From NCBI GenBank assembly GCA_016713905.1, contig JADJOE010000003.1, positions 2,071,944 through 2,135,943 on the forward strand: a DNA stretch of 64,000 nucleotides. Reading direction: 5' to 3'. The translations under genes were made by a program, and so were the position numbers. Origin of the DNA: Candidatus Vicinibacter proximus. Lineage in GTDB: Bacteria > Bacteroidota > Bacteroidia > Chitinophagales > Saprospiraceae. Shown piece by piece: positions 33,603 through 43,660 of the stretch. Numbering within the stretch: the stretch's first letter is position 1; every line of letters starts with the position of its first letter. The notes below the pieces were generated by a model. It had not been told where the DNA came from, ran no database searches, and was given only the letters and a program-made list of their open reading frames with translations.

Positions 33603-36425
33603 GTGAAAAATTTAAGTCTGATTTTACTCCTGTTTGCTTTTTGCTCAGGTTTTCAAAGTATTGCACAAACGAATGTGATTCGCGGTAAAGTGACCGATAA
33701 AATCAATGGAGAACCCTTACCAGGAGTCAATGTAGTGATTTGGTCAACCACCAAAGGGACAGTGACTGACCCGGATGGAATGTACACCATTGCTGCACCA
33801 GCCAATGGAAAACTTGAATTTACCTATCTGAGTTACGCAAGTCAAATTGTGGATATTGCAGGAAGAAATGACATCGACATCAGCCTCATGCCTACCAATT
33901 CAGAACTGGATCAGGTGGTTGTTGTAGGATCCCGAAGACCAGGAAGAATTCTTATGGAGTCCACTACACCGATTGATGTAGTGAATGTCAAACAATCCAT
34001 TCAGACTACTGCACGTATGGATCTGACTTCTATGTTGAATTATGCTGCGCCTTCTATCAATTACAACAAACAATCAGGATCAGACGGAGCAGATCATATC
34101 GATTTGGCCACATTGAGAGGACTTGGACCTGACCAATCACTCGTACTGGTCAATGGCAAACGAAGACACCAGACTGCGTTTGTCTCTGTCTTTGGAACAA
34201 GAGGCAGAGGAAATTCAGGTACAGATTTGAATGCATTTCCCTTAGCGGCAATGGATCGTGTAGAAATTCTCCGTGATGGTGCATCCGCACAATATGGTTC
34301 TGACGCCATCGCAGGTGTGATGAATCTTATCCTTAAAAAAACTACAGGAGAACTTACTGCAAATATTGCATACTCCGGTTACTATGATAAAAAATTCAAC
34401 CCTGCCTTTGAACCCGATCTCAACCAATACGTGTACGAAAACAAATTAGATGGAAACAGCATTTCTGCAGATTTGAATTATGGGGTCAAATTAGGCAAGC
34501 AGGGTGGTTTTGCCAACTTTACTTTAAATTATTTATCCCTCGGAAAAACCTATCGTCAATCCTTAGATCAGGATTTTTCTGCTGAATATGGATTACCGGT
34601 TAATGTGGTAAGACGAGCACATGGAGATGGTTCTCTGAATTCAGCAGGTGCGTTTTTGAATGCAGAACTTCCGTTAAATGAAGACTTGAAACTTTATGCA
34701 TTTGGTGGTTACAATAATAAAGCTTCAGAGGCATACGCATTCAGCAGGAATTTTTCAGGCAAACCGAATCGTTTTATTACAACAGCTTCCGGACAGCTGG
34801 TAGACATTCCGGGAATCATAAAAAAATCCGGAGGCACCACCACTGCGGATGCAGATTCTTACTTTAATCCAATCATTGCTACAAACGTTAATGATTTTTC
34901 GGCAGCAATTGGCATTCGCAAAGAAAATCCTGAGGGTTGGAATTGGGATTTGAGCAATGTTACCGGACAAAATAATTTTCATTTCTATGGTGAAAAAACA
35001 GTGAACGCTTCATTGAGTGATGTTCAAAAAAATCATTTCGACGATGGCGGATTTAAATTTTTACAGAATACAACCAATTTAAATTTCAATAGAGAATTTA
35101 CAGGATTTTTGGAAGGAATCGGATTTGCAGCGGGGGCTGAACTTAGATTGGAACAATACGAATTATACGCTGGAGAAGAAGCTTCTTATAAAAATTACGA
35201 TCCCAATAAAACTGTGGTTACCGGAGGTGGCGACACCGTATTTGTAGCAGGTGGATCTCAGGGATTTCCGGGTTATCAACCTTCTGATGAAGTAAATGCA
35301 CAGCGCATCGCAGCAGCTGCTTATGCAGATGCAGAGTTAGACATCACCAAAGATTTTTTGGTGAGTGCTGCAGTGAGACTGGAGAATTACAATGACTTTG
35401 GATTTACCCACAATTACAAATTGGCATCCAGATATCTGATCCATAAAAAATTGAATGTACGTGGTTCCTTATCTACTGGATTCCGCGCTCCTTCCCTTCA
35501 GCAAATAAATTTTTCTTCCACTTTTACGACCGTGCAGGGAGGAAATATCTCAGAAGTGAAAATTGCACCAAACGACAACAGCATTACAAAAGCTGCAGGT
35601 ATTCCTGAACTCAAGCAGGAAGAATCACTGAACGCAAGTTTGGGTTTTGCATGGAAAGCAATGGATGAATTGAGTATAAGTTGTGATTTATACTGGGTTA
35701 ATATTAAGGATCGCGTAGTATTGTCCGGACAATTTGATGCCTCTGACAATACCTTAGATCCCGTCTTTACTGCTGAGCTAAATAGATTACGTGTTGGGCT
35801 TGCACAGTTTTTTGCCAATGCTGTAAATACGACCAATAAAGGAATTGATTTGGTCTTTGATTACAACCGCAAATTCGGTAAAAACAGAGTGCGTTTACTG
35901 GCCATGGGTAATATTCAGGAAATGACCATAGATAAAATTAATGTACCAGAAAAACTCAACGATACAGAATCTCACAGAAAACAATTTCTGAGCGACAGAG
36001 AGCAGGCATTCATTTTAGCTTCTGCTCCACCGGTTAAATTAGGATTTAATCTGGAGTACGGTTATAAAAAATTTGGCATCGGAACAAGACTAACCTATTT
36101 TGGAAAAATAAAAATTCTTGGATATGGCGAAGATGGATTGGGTATTGCGCCACAAGTTCCAAATGACGACAACACCGCTTATCTACCCGATGAATATCTG
36201 TATAATGCAAAATGGGTAAACGACATTTATGCTTCTTACCAAATCACGAAAAATCTGAATGTCAACCTGGGCGTCGATAACCTGCTGAATGTACATCCTG
36301 ATCTGGGTGCAGTAAATGGAGCCAAATGGTGGGCATTCAACAACGAAACCGGAGGCCCATGGGATGCAGTGCAAATGGGTGGTAATGGGATGAGGATGTT
36401 TGCCAGATTGGGATTTGTTTTTTAA
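33603..36425 (+). CDS. TonB-dependent receptor with N-terminal carboxypeptidase-regulatory-like domain
   Basis: 940 aa with a GTG start. It has a signal peptide, IRGKVTDKINGEPLPGVNVVI..., a plug (VEILRDGASAQYGSDAIAGVMNLI) and a C-terminal beta-barrel ending ...ARLGFVF. Confidence 0.9.
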   Translation: MKNLSLILLLFAFCSGFQSIAQTNVIRGKVTDKINGEPLPGVNVVIWSTTKGTVTDPDGMYTIAAPANGKLEFTYLSYASQIVDIAGRNDIDISLMPTNSELDQVVVVGSRRPGRILMESTTPIDVVNVKQSIQTTARMDLTSMLNYAAPSINYNKQSGSDGADHIDLATLRGLGPDQSLVLVNGKRRHQTAFVSVFGTRGRGNSGTDLNAFPLAAMDRVEILRDGASAQYGSDAIAGVMNLILKKTTGELTANIAYSGYYDKKFNPAFEPDLNQYVYENKLDGNSISADLNYGVKLGKQGGFANFTLNYLSLGKTYRQSLDQDFSAEYGLPVNVVRRAHGDGSLNSAGAFLNAELPLNEDLKLYAFGGYNNKASEAYAFSRNFSGKPNRFITTASGQLVDIPGIIKKSGGTTTADADSYFNPIIATNVNDFSAAIGIRKENPEGWNWDLSNVTGQNNFHFYGEKTVNASLSDVQKNHFDDGGFKFLQNTTNLNFNREFTGFLEGIGFAAGAELRLEQYELYAGEEASYKNYDPNKTVVTGGGDTVFVAGGSQGFPGYQPSDEVNAQRIAAAAYADAELDITKDFLVSAAVRLENYNDFGFTHNYKLASRYLIHKKLNVRGSLSTGFRAPSLQQINFSSTFTTVQGGNISEVKIAPNDNSITKAAGIPELKQEESLNASLGFAWKAMDELSISCDLYWVNIKDRVVLSGQFDASDNTLDPVFTAELNRLRVGLAQFFANAVNTTNKGIDLVFDYNRKFGKNRVRLLAMGNIQEMTIDKINVPEKLNDTESHRKQFLSDREQAFILASAPPVKLGFNLEYGYKKFGIGTRLTYFGKIKILGYGEDGLGIAPQVPNDDNTAYLPDEYLYNAKWVNDIYASYQITKNLNVNLGVDNLLNVHPDLGAVNGAKWWAFNNETGGPWDAVQMGGNGMRMFARLGFVF

Positions 36426-36493
36426 TTTGTGCAAGAAAGATTTTTTTAGCTATTCATGCAATTAGCTATTCAAGATTTATTATTTTTAAAAAC

Positions 36494-36541
36494 AATCTCC
36501 ATTGGTATTAAGAAGTTCACTTCTTAATACCAATGGAGATT
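36494..36541. terminator. very long perfect hairpin (22-bp stem, TTCA loop)
   Basis: AATCTCCATTGGTATTAAGAAG-TTCA-CTTCTTAATACCAATGGAGATT, about 70 nt downstream of the TonB-dependent receptor stop. No T-run follows on the plus strand. Confidence 0.55.
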
Positions 36542-36945
36542 CTGCCAAAAAAAAAACCGGATGTAAAAGGGTAATTACCTATTCATTCCATCTTTTAATC
36601 CAGAACAAACTGAAATCGCCTATTTTCCTTCCAATTGCAGACCGTACAATCACCTACTCAGAAACCAAATTAGAGAAATATTGAAAGTTGTGATTAGGAA
36701 TGAAGTCATCTTTATAATAGGGTAATGTCCAATTGGTATGATGAGCAAATACAAAATTCCATATTTGCACAAAACGACTTAAGTGCAATAATAAAATATC
36801 TTATTTGCATTAAATGGCTTAAGTGCCAAAATAAATAACTTTAGAACCTTTATGCAAGTGGACTATGGGGATTTTCAAAATCACCAACGGATGCAAAACA
36901 CACTGCATTCTTGAAGAAATTTTTAGTTTTACGATATAAAAACGA

Positions 36946-38865
36946 ATGATGTCATATCCATCCCAAATCAAGAGTCTCGAAGAATACAAATCAGCCTATC
37001 AAAAAAGTGTCTCCGATCCGGAAGGTTATTGGGCTGACGTTGCAGCACATTTTCATTGGCGCAAAAGCTGGGACTCTATTCTGGAATGGAATTTCACCGA
37101 ACCAAAAATAAATTGGTTTAATGGCGCACGGCTTAATATTACCGAAAACTGTCTCGACCGCCACCTCAGCAATTTGGGTAACAAACCGGCCATCATTTGG
37201 GAAGCCAATGACCCTGAAGAACATTATCGCGTCCTCACTTATCGCGATCTTCACCTAAAGGTCGTACAATTCAGCAATGTATTAAAAAACAATGGCATCA
37301 CCAAAGGAGACCGCGTCTGTGTGTACATGGGAATGATCCCCGAACTGGCCATTGCAATTTTGGCTTGTGCACGAATCGGTGCCATCCACTCAGTTATATT
37401 TGGTGGTTTCAGCGCTCAAAGCATTTCCGATCGCCTGGAGGACGCTGGCGCCACTTGTATCATTACTTGTGATGGGGCTTACCGCGGAAGTAAAGACATT
37501 CCGTTAAAATCCATCATAGACGATGCCTTGATTGGAAATCATACCGTAAAAAAAGTAATCGTATGTACCAGAACCCGCACTCCGGTGAGCATGATCAAAG
37601 GACGCGATGTTTGGTGGGAAGACGAAATTAAAAAAGTTGAAACACAAGGCAATCCTGATTGTCCGGCAGAAGTAATGGATGCCAATGAAGAGTTATTCAT
37701 ATTATACACTTCAGGTTCTACCGGCAAACCCAAAGGGGTCGTGCATGCCTGCGGAGGATATATGGTCTGGGCTTATTACACATTCATCAATGTTTTCCAG
37801 TACAAACCCGGAGAAGTTCATTTTTGTACAGCAGATATTGGGTGGATTACCGGACACAGCTATATCGTGTATGGTCCATTGAGTGCCGGAGCTACTACCC
37901 TAATGTTTGAAGGAGTCCCTACCTGGCCTGATGCCGGAAGATTTTGGGACATTATCGACAAGCATAAAGTAAACATCTTGTATACTGCACCCACAGCCAT
38001 CCGAAGTCTGATGGGATTTGGTGCAGCTCCTTTTGAAGGAAAGTCACTGGATTCTCTCAGAGTGCTTGGCACAGTTGGTGAGCCAATAAATGAAGAAGCT
38101 TGGCATTGGTATGATCAGCAGGTGGGCAAAGGTCGCTGCCCGATAGTAGACACCTGGTGGCAAACAGAGACGGGTGGCATTATGATCTCAAATCTTGCGG
38201 AAATTACCCCTGCAAAACCTTCTTTTGCAACACTACCTCTTCCCGGTGTCCAACCGATCTTAGTGGACGAACAAGGAAACGAAATTCACGGAAACGAAGT
38301 AAGCGGAAATCTATGCATTAAATTTCCATGGCCGGGTATGCTTCGCACTACTTACGGAGATCATGAACGTTGCAGGTTAAATTATTTTTCCACCTTCAAA
38401 GATTTTTATTTTACAGGTGATGGTTGTTTGCGGGACGCTCTAGGAAATTACCGGATAACCGGACGTGTCGATGATGTATTGAACGTCAGTGGGCACCGTC
38501 TCGGCACCGCTGAAATAGAAAATGCACTCAACATGCATCTCGGGGTTGTAGAGAGTGCCGTGGTTGCTTATCCTCATGACATCAAGGGTCAGGGTATTTA
38601 TGCTTTTATTTGTTACAATGGACATTTTGAAAATGAAGAACACACGCGCCAGGATATTTTACAAACAGTTAACCGCATCATAGGTGCCATTGCACGACCT
38701 GATAAAATACAATTCGTTCCCGCACTTCCCAAAACCAGAAGCGGTAAAATCATGCGGAGAATTCTAAGAAAAATTGCGGAAGGAGAACTCGAACAACTGG
38801 GTGATACTTCTACATTATTGGATCCGGGGGTTGTGCAGGAAATTATTGAAGGTAGATTGCAATAA
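36946..38865 (+). CDS. acs: acetyl-CoA synthetase
   Basis: 639 aa with the AMP-binding motif YTSGSTGKPKGV, WWQTETGG and a C-terminal SGKIMRR. The pattern is canonical Acs over the full length. Confidence 0.95.
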   Translation: MMSYPSQIKSLEEYKSAYQKSVSDPEGYWADVAAHFHWRKSWDSILEWNFTEPKINWFNGARLNITENCLDRHLSNLGNKPAIIWEANDPEEHYRVLTYRDLHLKVVQFSNVLKNNGITKGDRVCVYMGMIPELAIAILACARIGAIHSVIFGGFSAQSISDRLEDAGATCIITCDGAYRGSKDIPLKSIIDDALIGNHTVKKVIVCTRTRTPVSMIKGRDVWWEDEIKKVETQGNPDCPAEVMDANEELFILYTSGSTGKPKGVVHACGGYMVWAYYTFINVFQYKPGEVHFCTADIGWITGHSYIVYGPLSAGATTLMFEGVPTWPDAGRFWDIIDKHKVNILYTAPTAIRSLMGFGAAPFEGKSLDSLRVLGTVGEPINEEAWHWYDQQVGKGRCPIVDTWWQTETGGIMISNLAEITPAKPSFATLPLPGVQPILVDEQGNEIHGNEVSGNLCIKFPWPGMLRTTYGDHERCRLNYFSTFKDFYFTGDGCLRDALGNYRITGRVDDVLNVSGHRLGTAEIENALNMHLGVVESAVVAYPHDIKGQGIYAFICYNGHFENEEHTRQDILQTVNRIIGAIARPDKIQFVPALPKTRSGKIMRRILRKIAEGELEQLGDTSTLLDPGVVQEIIEGRLQ

Positions 38866-39328
38866 ACCAAAAGTTCCATAGCCTTAAATGATTTATATTG
38901 CCATGCAAAATAATGCGAAAACCTACCTAAATCATGAGCAGCAAATGCTTGAAGCCAGTACCAACGAAATGTAAGTGATAACGGAGTCCAGCTCTAAAAT
39001 ACTACACAAATCTCTCCACATGTCTTGACCAAAAATGGACATATTCAAAAAATTAGACAGATCAGATTAGGCTGCTAAACATGAACTTTTTCATAAAAAT
39101 CTTCTAATGGTGATTTTCTATTCAACCCATAATATGCATTATGGTTTCGATATTAAAGGCAAAAGATCTATAAAAACAAACGTTCCCATGAATGAACGGT
39201 CTTTGATTATCATCAAAGTAATGACCCACAGTCCATCAAGTTAACCATATTTTATTTTTCAACTAAATTTGGATATCCGTGATAAGATTAATTAGGTGAA
39301 TGATTAATTTTACCAAAAATACCAACTG

Positions 39329-39817
39329 TTGAATATTAATAAATTCCTAGAACTGGTCAAAAGCAAAAAGAAGCAACATCAGCAAGTCATTAAAAAGTTA
39401 AAAGGTACTAACACAAAAGTACTTGACCAAAATTTTCACCAAGCACATCAGGAAGTATTCACAGAATTCAATTGTCTCGAGTGTGCCAACTGTTGTAAAA
39501 CAACAAGTCCAAGACTTTATCCTATAGATATTGAAAGAATGGCACATGCATTACAAATGAGGCCATCAGAATTGATGGACAAGTATATTGTAATGGATGA
39601 AGATCAGGATTACGTTTTTCTTTCATCTCCTTGTCCTTTTTTGGAACAAGACAATACTTGCAGAATTTATGATTTCCGACCTAAAGCGTGTCGGGAGTAT
39701 CCACACACTGACAGAAAGAATATGATTCAAATTCTTGATCTCACCTATAAGAATATTGCTGTCTGTCCTGCAGTGTTCATAATGATAGAAAGAATTAAGG
39801 ATAAAATGAAATTGTAA
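39329..39817 (+). CDS. YkgJ-family cysteine-cluster protein
   Basis: 162 aa with a CLECANCCK cluster and a second cluster CPFL...CRIYDFRPKACREYP. TTG start. Confidence 0.75.
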   Translation: MNINKFLELVKSKKKQHQQVIKKLKGTNTKVLDQNFHQAHQEVFTEFNCLECANCCKTTSPRLYPIDIERMAHALQMRPSELMDKYIVMDEDQDYVFLSSPCPFLEQDNTCRIYDFRPKACREYPHTDRKNMIQILDLTYKNIAVCPAVFIMIERIKDKMKL

Positions 39818-40218
39818 TACGATTTTTTCTATTTCTCAACTACATCTTGGCAGATTCAATTTATAATTTAACTTTGAAATATTTTTTGCCATTTGTAATT
39901 ATCGTTGTATTTTATTATAAAGCCATGGATACACCGCAAAGTATATGCAAGCTACACCAAACATGGGTTAAAACTGATCACGAAAATTCTAGACATTTAT
40001 TAAATCATTCCCCTTTCTTAAAAGATCGCTTCTTATTGAAGTTGGTTATCCCTTTTAGTCCTAACAATGAATATGATTTATAATTTATGAATACTAATCT
40101 ATCTTAAATTAATCTCAAAATTATATGCTCACTCATAAAATGGTACTTTCTCTATTGGTGTGAAATGCCTTTTTAAAAAAATAATGTAACTATCTTTCTA
40201 TCGCAAAATTTTAAATTT

Positions 40219-42405
40219 CTAAAAATTCAACAGACCAAATTCTTTCAGTTGTTGAATTTTGTCATTGAACCAAAATAAATCAAAATCGGAAAACTGATCA
40301 TTGATGTGGGCTTTTAAAATGGAATATGTTTTTAATTCAGTTGACTTTTTTAATGAAATAAAATCCAGGGCATTTATCAAGCAATCTTTCTCTGAAGGGG
40401 TCAATACTAAATTAAGTGAAAGGTGCTTACTGTGAAATTCTAACACACTCAATTCTGATTTATTTCCCTTTAATCTTTTTTGTAGAGTCTTAACTTCAGG
40501 CGTTGTCCCCAGCCAAACCCATTTTGAATGAGGCTTTATAACAACCGGATCATCTTCAAATAAATTTTCTACAATAAATTTATCATCAATGGTGGTTCGC
40601 GGAATTTTAAAATCAAACCATTCCTGTAATGGATATTCCATGCCAACTCCATGCATGTAATTGTATAGAGATTTTTTAAGTCCAAAGCTGAATTTATCAT
40701 GATCAATTTTGGTTTTATCCTTAAACTGAATATCGTTGTTGGCAAAAGTAATTTCTTGTTTCTCCGCAACCAAACCATATTCGTCCGGATTCATGCCTAC
40801 CGGACTATGTGCAGTTAGGGCAAACTGGTGCCAAAAGCCTGAGCGGATGACTTCTGACCGAAATAGTTGGCGTACCATTTCAAGACTATCCACGGTTTCC
40901 TGAACGGTCTGTGTGGGAAAACCATACATGAGATAAGCATGGACCATGATTCCTGCTTCGGTCAGATTTCTGGCTACCCTTGCAACTTGTGTAACAGTTA
41001 CACCTTTTTGGATCAGCGCCAGCAGACGATCTGAGGCGACCTCCAATCCACCCGAAACAGCCATGCAACCTGATGCACTTAATAACATACACAAATCAGC
41101 CGTAAAGCTTTTTTCAAATCTGATGTTGGTCCACCAACTCACAACCAAATCTCTTCGTAAAATTTCCAGGGCAAGCTCCCGCATCAGTGCCGGCGGTGCG
41201 GCTTCATCTACAAAATGAAATCCTCTTGTACCTGTAGCTACTATCAACTCTTCCATTCGATCCACTAATAATTTGGCGGCGATGGGTTCGTAAAGTTTGA
41301 TATAATCTAAAGAGATGTCACAGAAAGTACACTTACCCCAGTAACATCCATGTGCCATGGTAAGTTTATTCCACCTACCATCGCTCCAGAGACTGTGCAT
41401 AGGATTAGCAATCTCAATAACAGATATGTATCGATTAAGGAGTAAGTCACTGTAATCGGGGGTTCCAAGTTCACTTTGGTGATAATCTTTGCATTCAGGA
41501 TGGTTGATGTATATTACTTTTCCTTCTTCTTTTAAAAAAGTTCGCTTAAGATTTTGTTTACTCAATGCGCCACTGATATATCGGTATAAACTTTCTAAGG
41601 GTAACTCGCCATCGTCCAGACAAATAAAATCAAAAAAATCAAAAACCCTAACATCTGATAATTCTCTCAATTCTGTATTTGCAAATCCTCCACCCATACA
41701 GATTTTAATGTGCGGAAATTGCTTCTTAACAAATTGTGCACAGCGAAATGCTGAATATAGATTACCAGGAAAAGGAACGGAAAAACAAAGTAGCTGAGGA
41801 TTCATTTCCTCCAGCCGATCTGCCAAAATTCGAAGACTGATCTTGTCTATATAGCTATGACTGGATTGTAAACTCTGGTGCAATTCATCAAAGGAATTAG
41901 CGGATCTACCGAGTCGTTCTGCATAACGGCTGAAACCAAAATGTTCATCGACACATTCTCTGATAAAATCTGCAAGATCCTCAAGATATAATGTGGCAAA
42001 ATGTTTTGCTTTATCCTGAATACCCATATGGCCAAAACCCCACTCTAAATCTACCAACTGGTCAAATTTTGAAGCTTCCGGGAGAAAATTGCCTTGAGCA
42101 ATCAGTTGGGCTAGTGTTGGATTCTTACCCTGAAGAAATTCTATAGCAGAGTCTATGGTTTTTACATATTCTTCCCACAGCACATATATTCTTTGTGCAT
42201 TCCCGGACCATGCTGACGAAGATTGTGCAGGTTTCAAATTGGTCAGACCATTTTTTGAAAAGATATCCAAAATCACCTCTATCCCAAGATCCATCTGGTA
42301 GGAGGAAATGCTTTTGGTATTCAAAAAACCCTTCAGATAGGCTGTTGCCGGATATGGCGTGTTCAGTTGGGTAAATGGTGGAGTTACAAGAAAAATGTTT
42401 TTCAA
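40219..42405 (-). CDS. B12-binding-domain radical SAM protein (large, 728 aa)
   Basis: The N-terminus (NIFLVTPPFTQLNTPYPATAYLKGFL) is typical of the B12-binding rSAM class. The Cys cluster is HGCYWGKCTFCD, and there is a long C-terminal extension. TTG start, with a TACTTTTG box about 20-25 nt upstream of it. Confidence 0.75.
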   Translation of the reverse strand: MKNIFLVTPPFTQLNTPYPATAYLKGFLNTKSISSYQMDLGIEVILDIFSKNGLTNLKPAQSSSAWSGNAQRIYVLWEEYVKTIDSAIEFLQGKNPTLAQLIAQGNFLPEASKFDQLVDLEWGFGHMGIQDKAKHFATLYLEDLADFIRECVDEHFGFSRYAERLGRSANSFDELHQSLQSSHSYIDKISLRILADRLEEMNPQLLCFSVPFPGNLYSAFRCAQFVKKQFPHIKICMGGGFANTELRELSDVRVFDFFDFICLDDGELPLESLYRYISGALSKQNLKRTFLKEEGKVIYINHPECKDYHQSELGTPDYSDLLLNRYISVIEIANPMHSLWSDGRWNKLTMAHGCYWGKCTFCDISLDYIKLYEPIAAKLLVDRMEELIVATGTRGFHFVDEAAPPALMRELALEILRRDLVVSWWTNIRFEKSFTADLCMLLSASGCMAVSGGLEVASDRLLALIQKGVTVTQVARVARNLTEAGIMVHAYLMYGFPTQTVQETVDSLEMVRQLFRSEVIRSGFWHQFALTAHSPVGMNPDEYGLVAEKQEITFANNDIQFKDKTKIDHDKFSFGLKKSLYNYMHGVGMEYPLQEWFDFKIPRTTIDDKFIVENLFEDDPVVIKPHSKWVWLGTTPEVKTLQKRLKGNKSELSVLEFHSKHLSLNLVLTPSEKDCLINALDFISLKKSTELKTYSILKAHINDQFSDFDLFWFNDKIQQLKEFGLLNF

Positions 42406-42494
42406 AAAAATCGAATTTCACAAAAGTACATGGAAATTCTTATTGCCCATTGCAAAGATTCTGTTTACCAGGGCAAGGCTTATTTTGATTTATA

Positions 42495-43166
42495 CTATTC
42501 CTCCTGACTGGAATTTATGCTTACCCTCTCTTTTTTCAACATAAGATAAGAATAAACCACCGGTACAATCACCAGGATAGTTATGATGATAAAGAAAATT
42601 ATAAAAACAATTTTATTATTGTGCAAAAGCAAACTAACCAAAACAATAATTATCCCACCAATCATCCAGACTTTACTGGCTAAACGATGAGTTTGTTTCC
42701 AAACAGTCTCACTTTCCAGTGTCCATGGGGTGCGAATTCCTACAAAATAATTTGGCCTCACCGTCTGCAAGTAATTACCCAATCCGGCGAACATGGCGCC
42801 TATGATTACAAGAAGAAGATTTGAATGTTCCATCCCGCCTTCTTTTGAGGAATTTAAAATTACCCAGGTAATTGCAGAGATAAATGATGTAATCAACAAT
42901 CGGATGTTAAAAAAATTATCGCCCATTTCCTGTAGCTTTTTCTTGGGATCTATAGAAGGAATAACCAGCATCAAAAAATAAATGCCAAGACCAAGTATGG
43001 CAGGCAAATAAAGTAGTGTATTCTTGGAGGACCAACCGTCGGCCTTGCCTTCTATATTGAAGTGCGTGGCCACTGTCTCAGGCAACTGCTCCCAAATAAA
43101 GGCAAGGTAAACATAGGGCAGCAGCGCAATAAATATCAGTAACAATTCTTTGCTCAACTTATTCAT
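42495..43166 (-). CDS. SdpI/YhfL-family membrane protein (DUF1648 plus SdpI domain)
   Basis: 223 aa with multiple TM helices, HFNIEGKADGWSSK (DUF1648-like) and VGIRTPWTLESETVWKQTHR (SdpI signature). Confidence 0.8.
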   Translation of the reverse strand: MNKLSKELLLIFIALLPYVYLAFIWEQLPETVATHFNIEGKADGWSSKNTLLYLPAILGLGIYFLMLVIPSIDPKKKLQEMGDNFFNIRLLITSFISAITWVILNSSKEGGMEHSNLLLVIIGAMFAGLGNYLQTVRPNYFVGIRTPWTLESETVWKQTHRLASKVWMIGGIIIVLVSLLLHNNKIVFIIFFIIITILVIVPVVYSYLMLKKERVSINSSQEE

Positions 43167-43170
43167 AAAT

Positions 43171-43425
43171 CTATTTTTTTAGTGAAAGGATATAATTTAA
43201 AAGATCGTCCACCATGGTAGTATTAATGGAATAAAACACATATTGTCCTTGTTTTACGGTTGTCACCAAACCTGCCCTCTTTAACTTATCCAGATGATGA
43301 GAAATGCTTGGTGCGGTCATGTCGAACTTTGCAGCAATATCACCTGAAGTCATATCCTTTTTCCGTAAAAGCTTTAGGATATCCCTCCTGGTTGGATCAT
43401 TCAAGGCTTTAAAAACATCATTCAT
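43171..43425 (-). CDS. ArsR-family autorepressor, SdpR-like
   Basis: 84 aa, FKALNDPTRRDILKLLRKKDMTSGDIAAKFDMTAPSISHHLDKLKRAGLV. It lies 4 nt upstream of the SdpI-like gene. Confidence 0.85.
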   Translation of the reverse strand: MNDVFKALNDPTRRDILKLLRKKDMTSGDIAAKFDMTAPSISHHLDKLKRAGLVTTVKQGQYVFYSINTTMVDDLLNYILSLKK

Positions 43426-43453
43426 GACCTACAATATGCTATACTAATAATAC

Positions 43454-43473
43454 ATTTAGACAAATGTCTAAAT
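43454..43473. promoter_or_regulatory. palindromic operator candidate upstream of the sdpR-like gene
   Basis: ATTTAGACA-AA-TGTCTAAAT has perfect 9-nt arms and lies about 30-50 nt upstream of the ATG at 43425. Confidence 0.5.
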
Positions 43474-43660
43474 ATCTAATTACATTTCCAAATAAAAATA
43501 TTTTTTTTTACAAAGGAATCCTAATAAGTCTCAAAGGCTAATATTCAACTGACTCTTCCGAGAATAAAAAACGGGGAAATAAGACTCTGTCTGAAACCCA
43601 CCCTGCCAATTAGTAAGCAAATATCTTGAACTAAACATTTGCCACGCGGACCAACTCAAT

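Noticed and set aside
39847-40083. 78-aa plus-strand ORF, convergent with the radical SAM gene, as a possible RiPP precursor
   Set aside because: It needs a non-ATG start, has no leader/core-like features, is on the opposite strand from the rSAM gene, and has a hydrophobic N-terminal stretch but no other recognisable feature. Support is insufficient.
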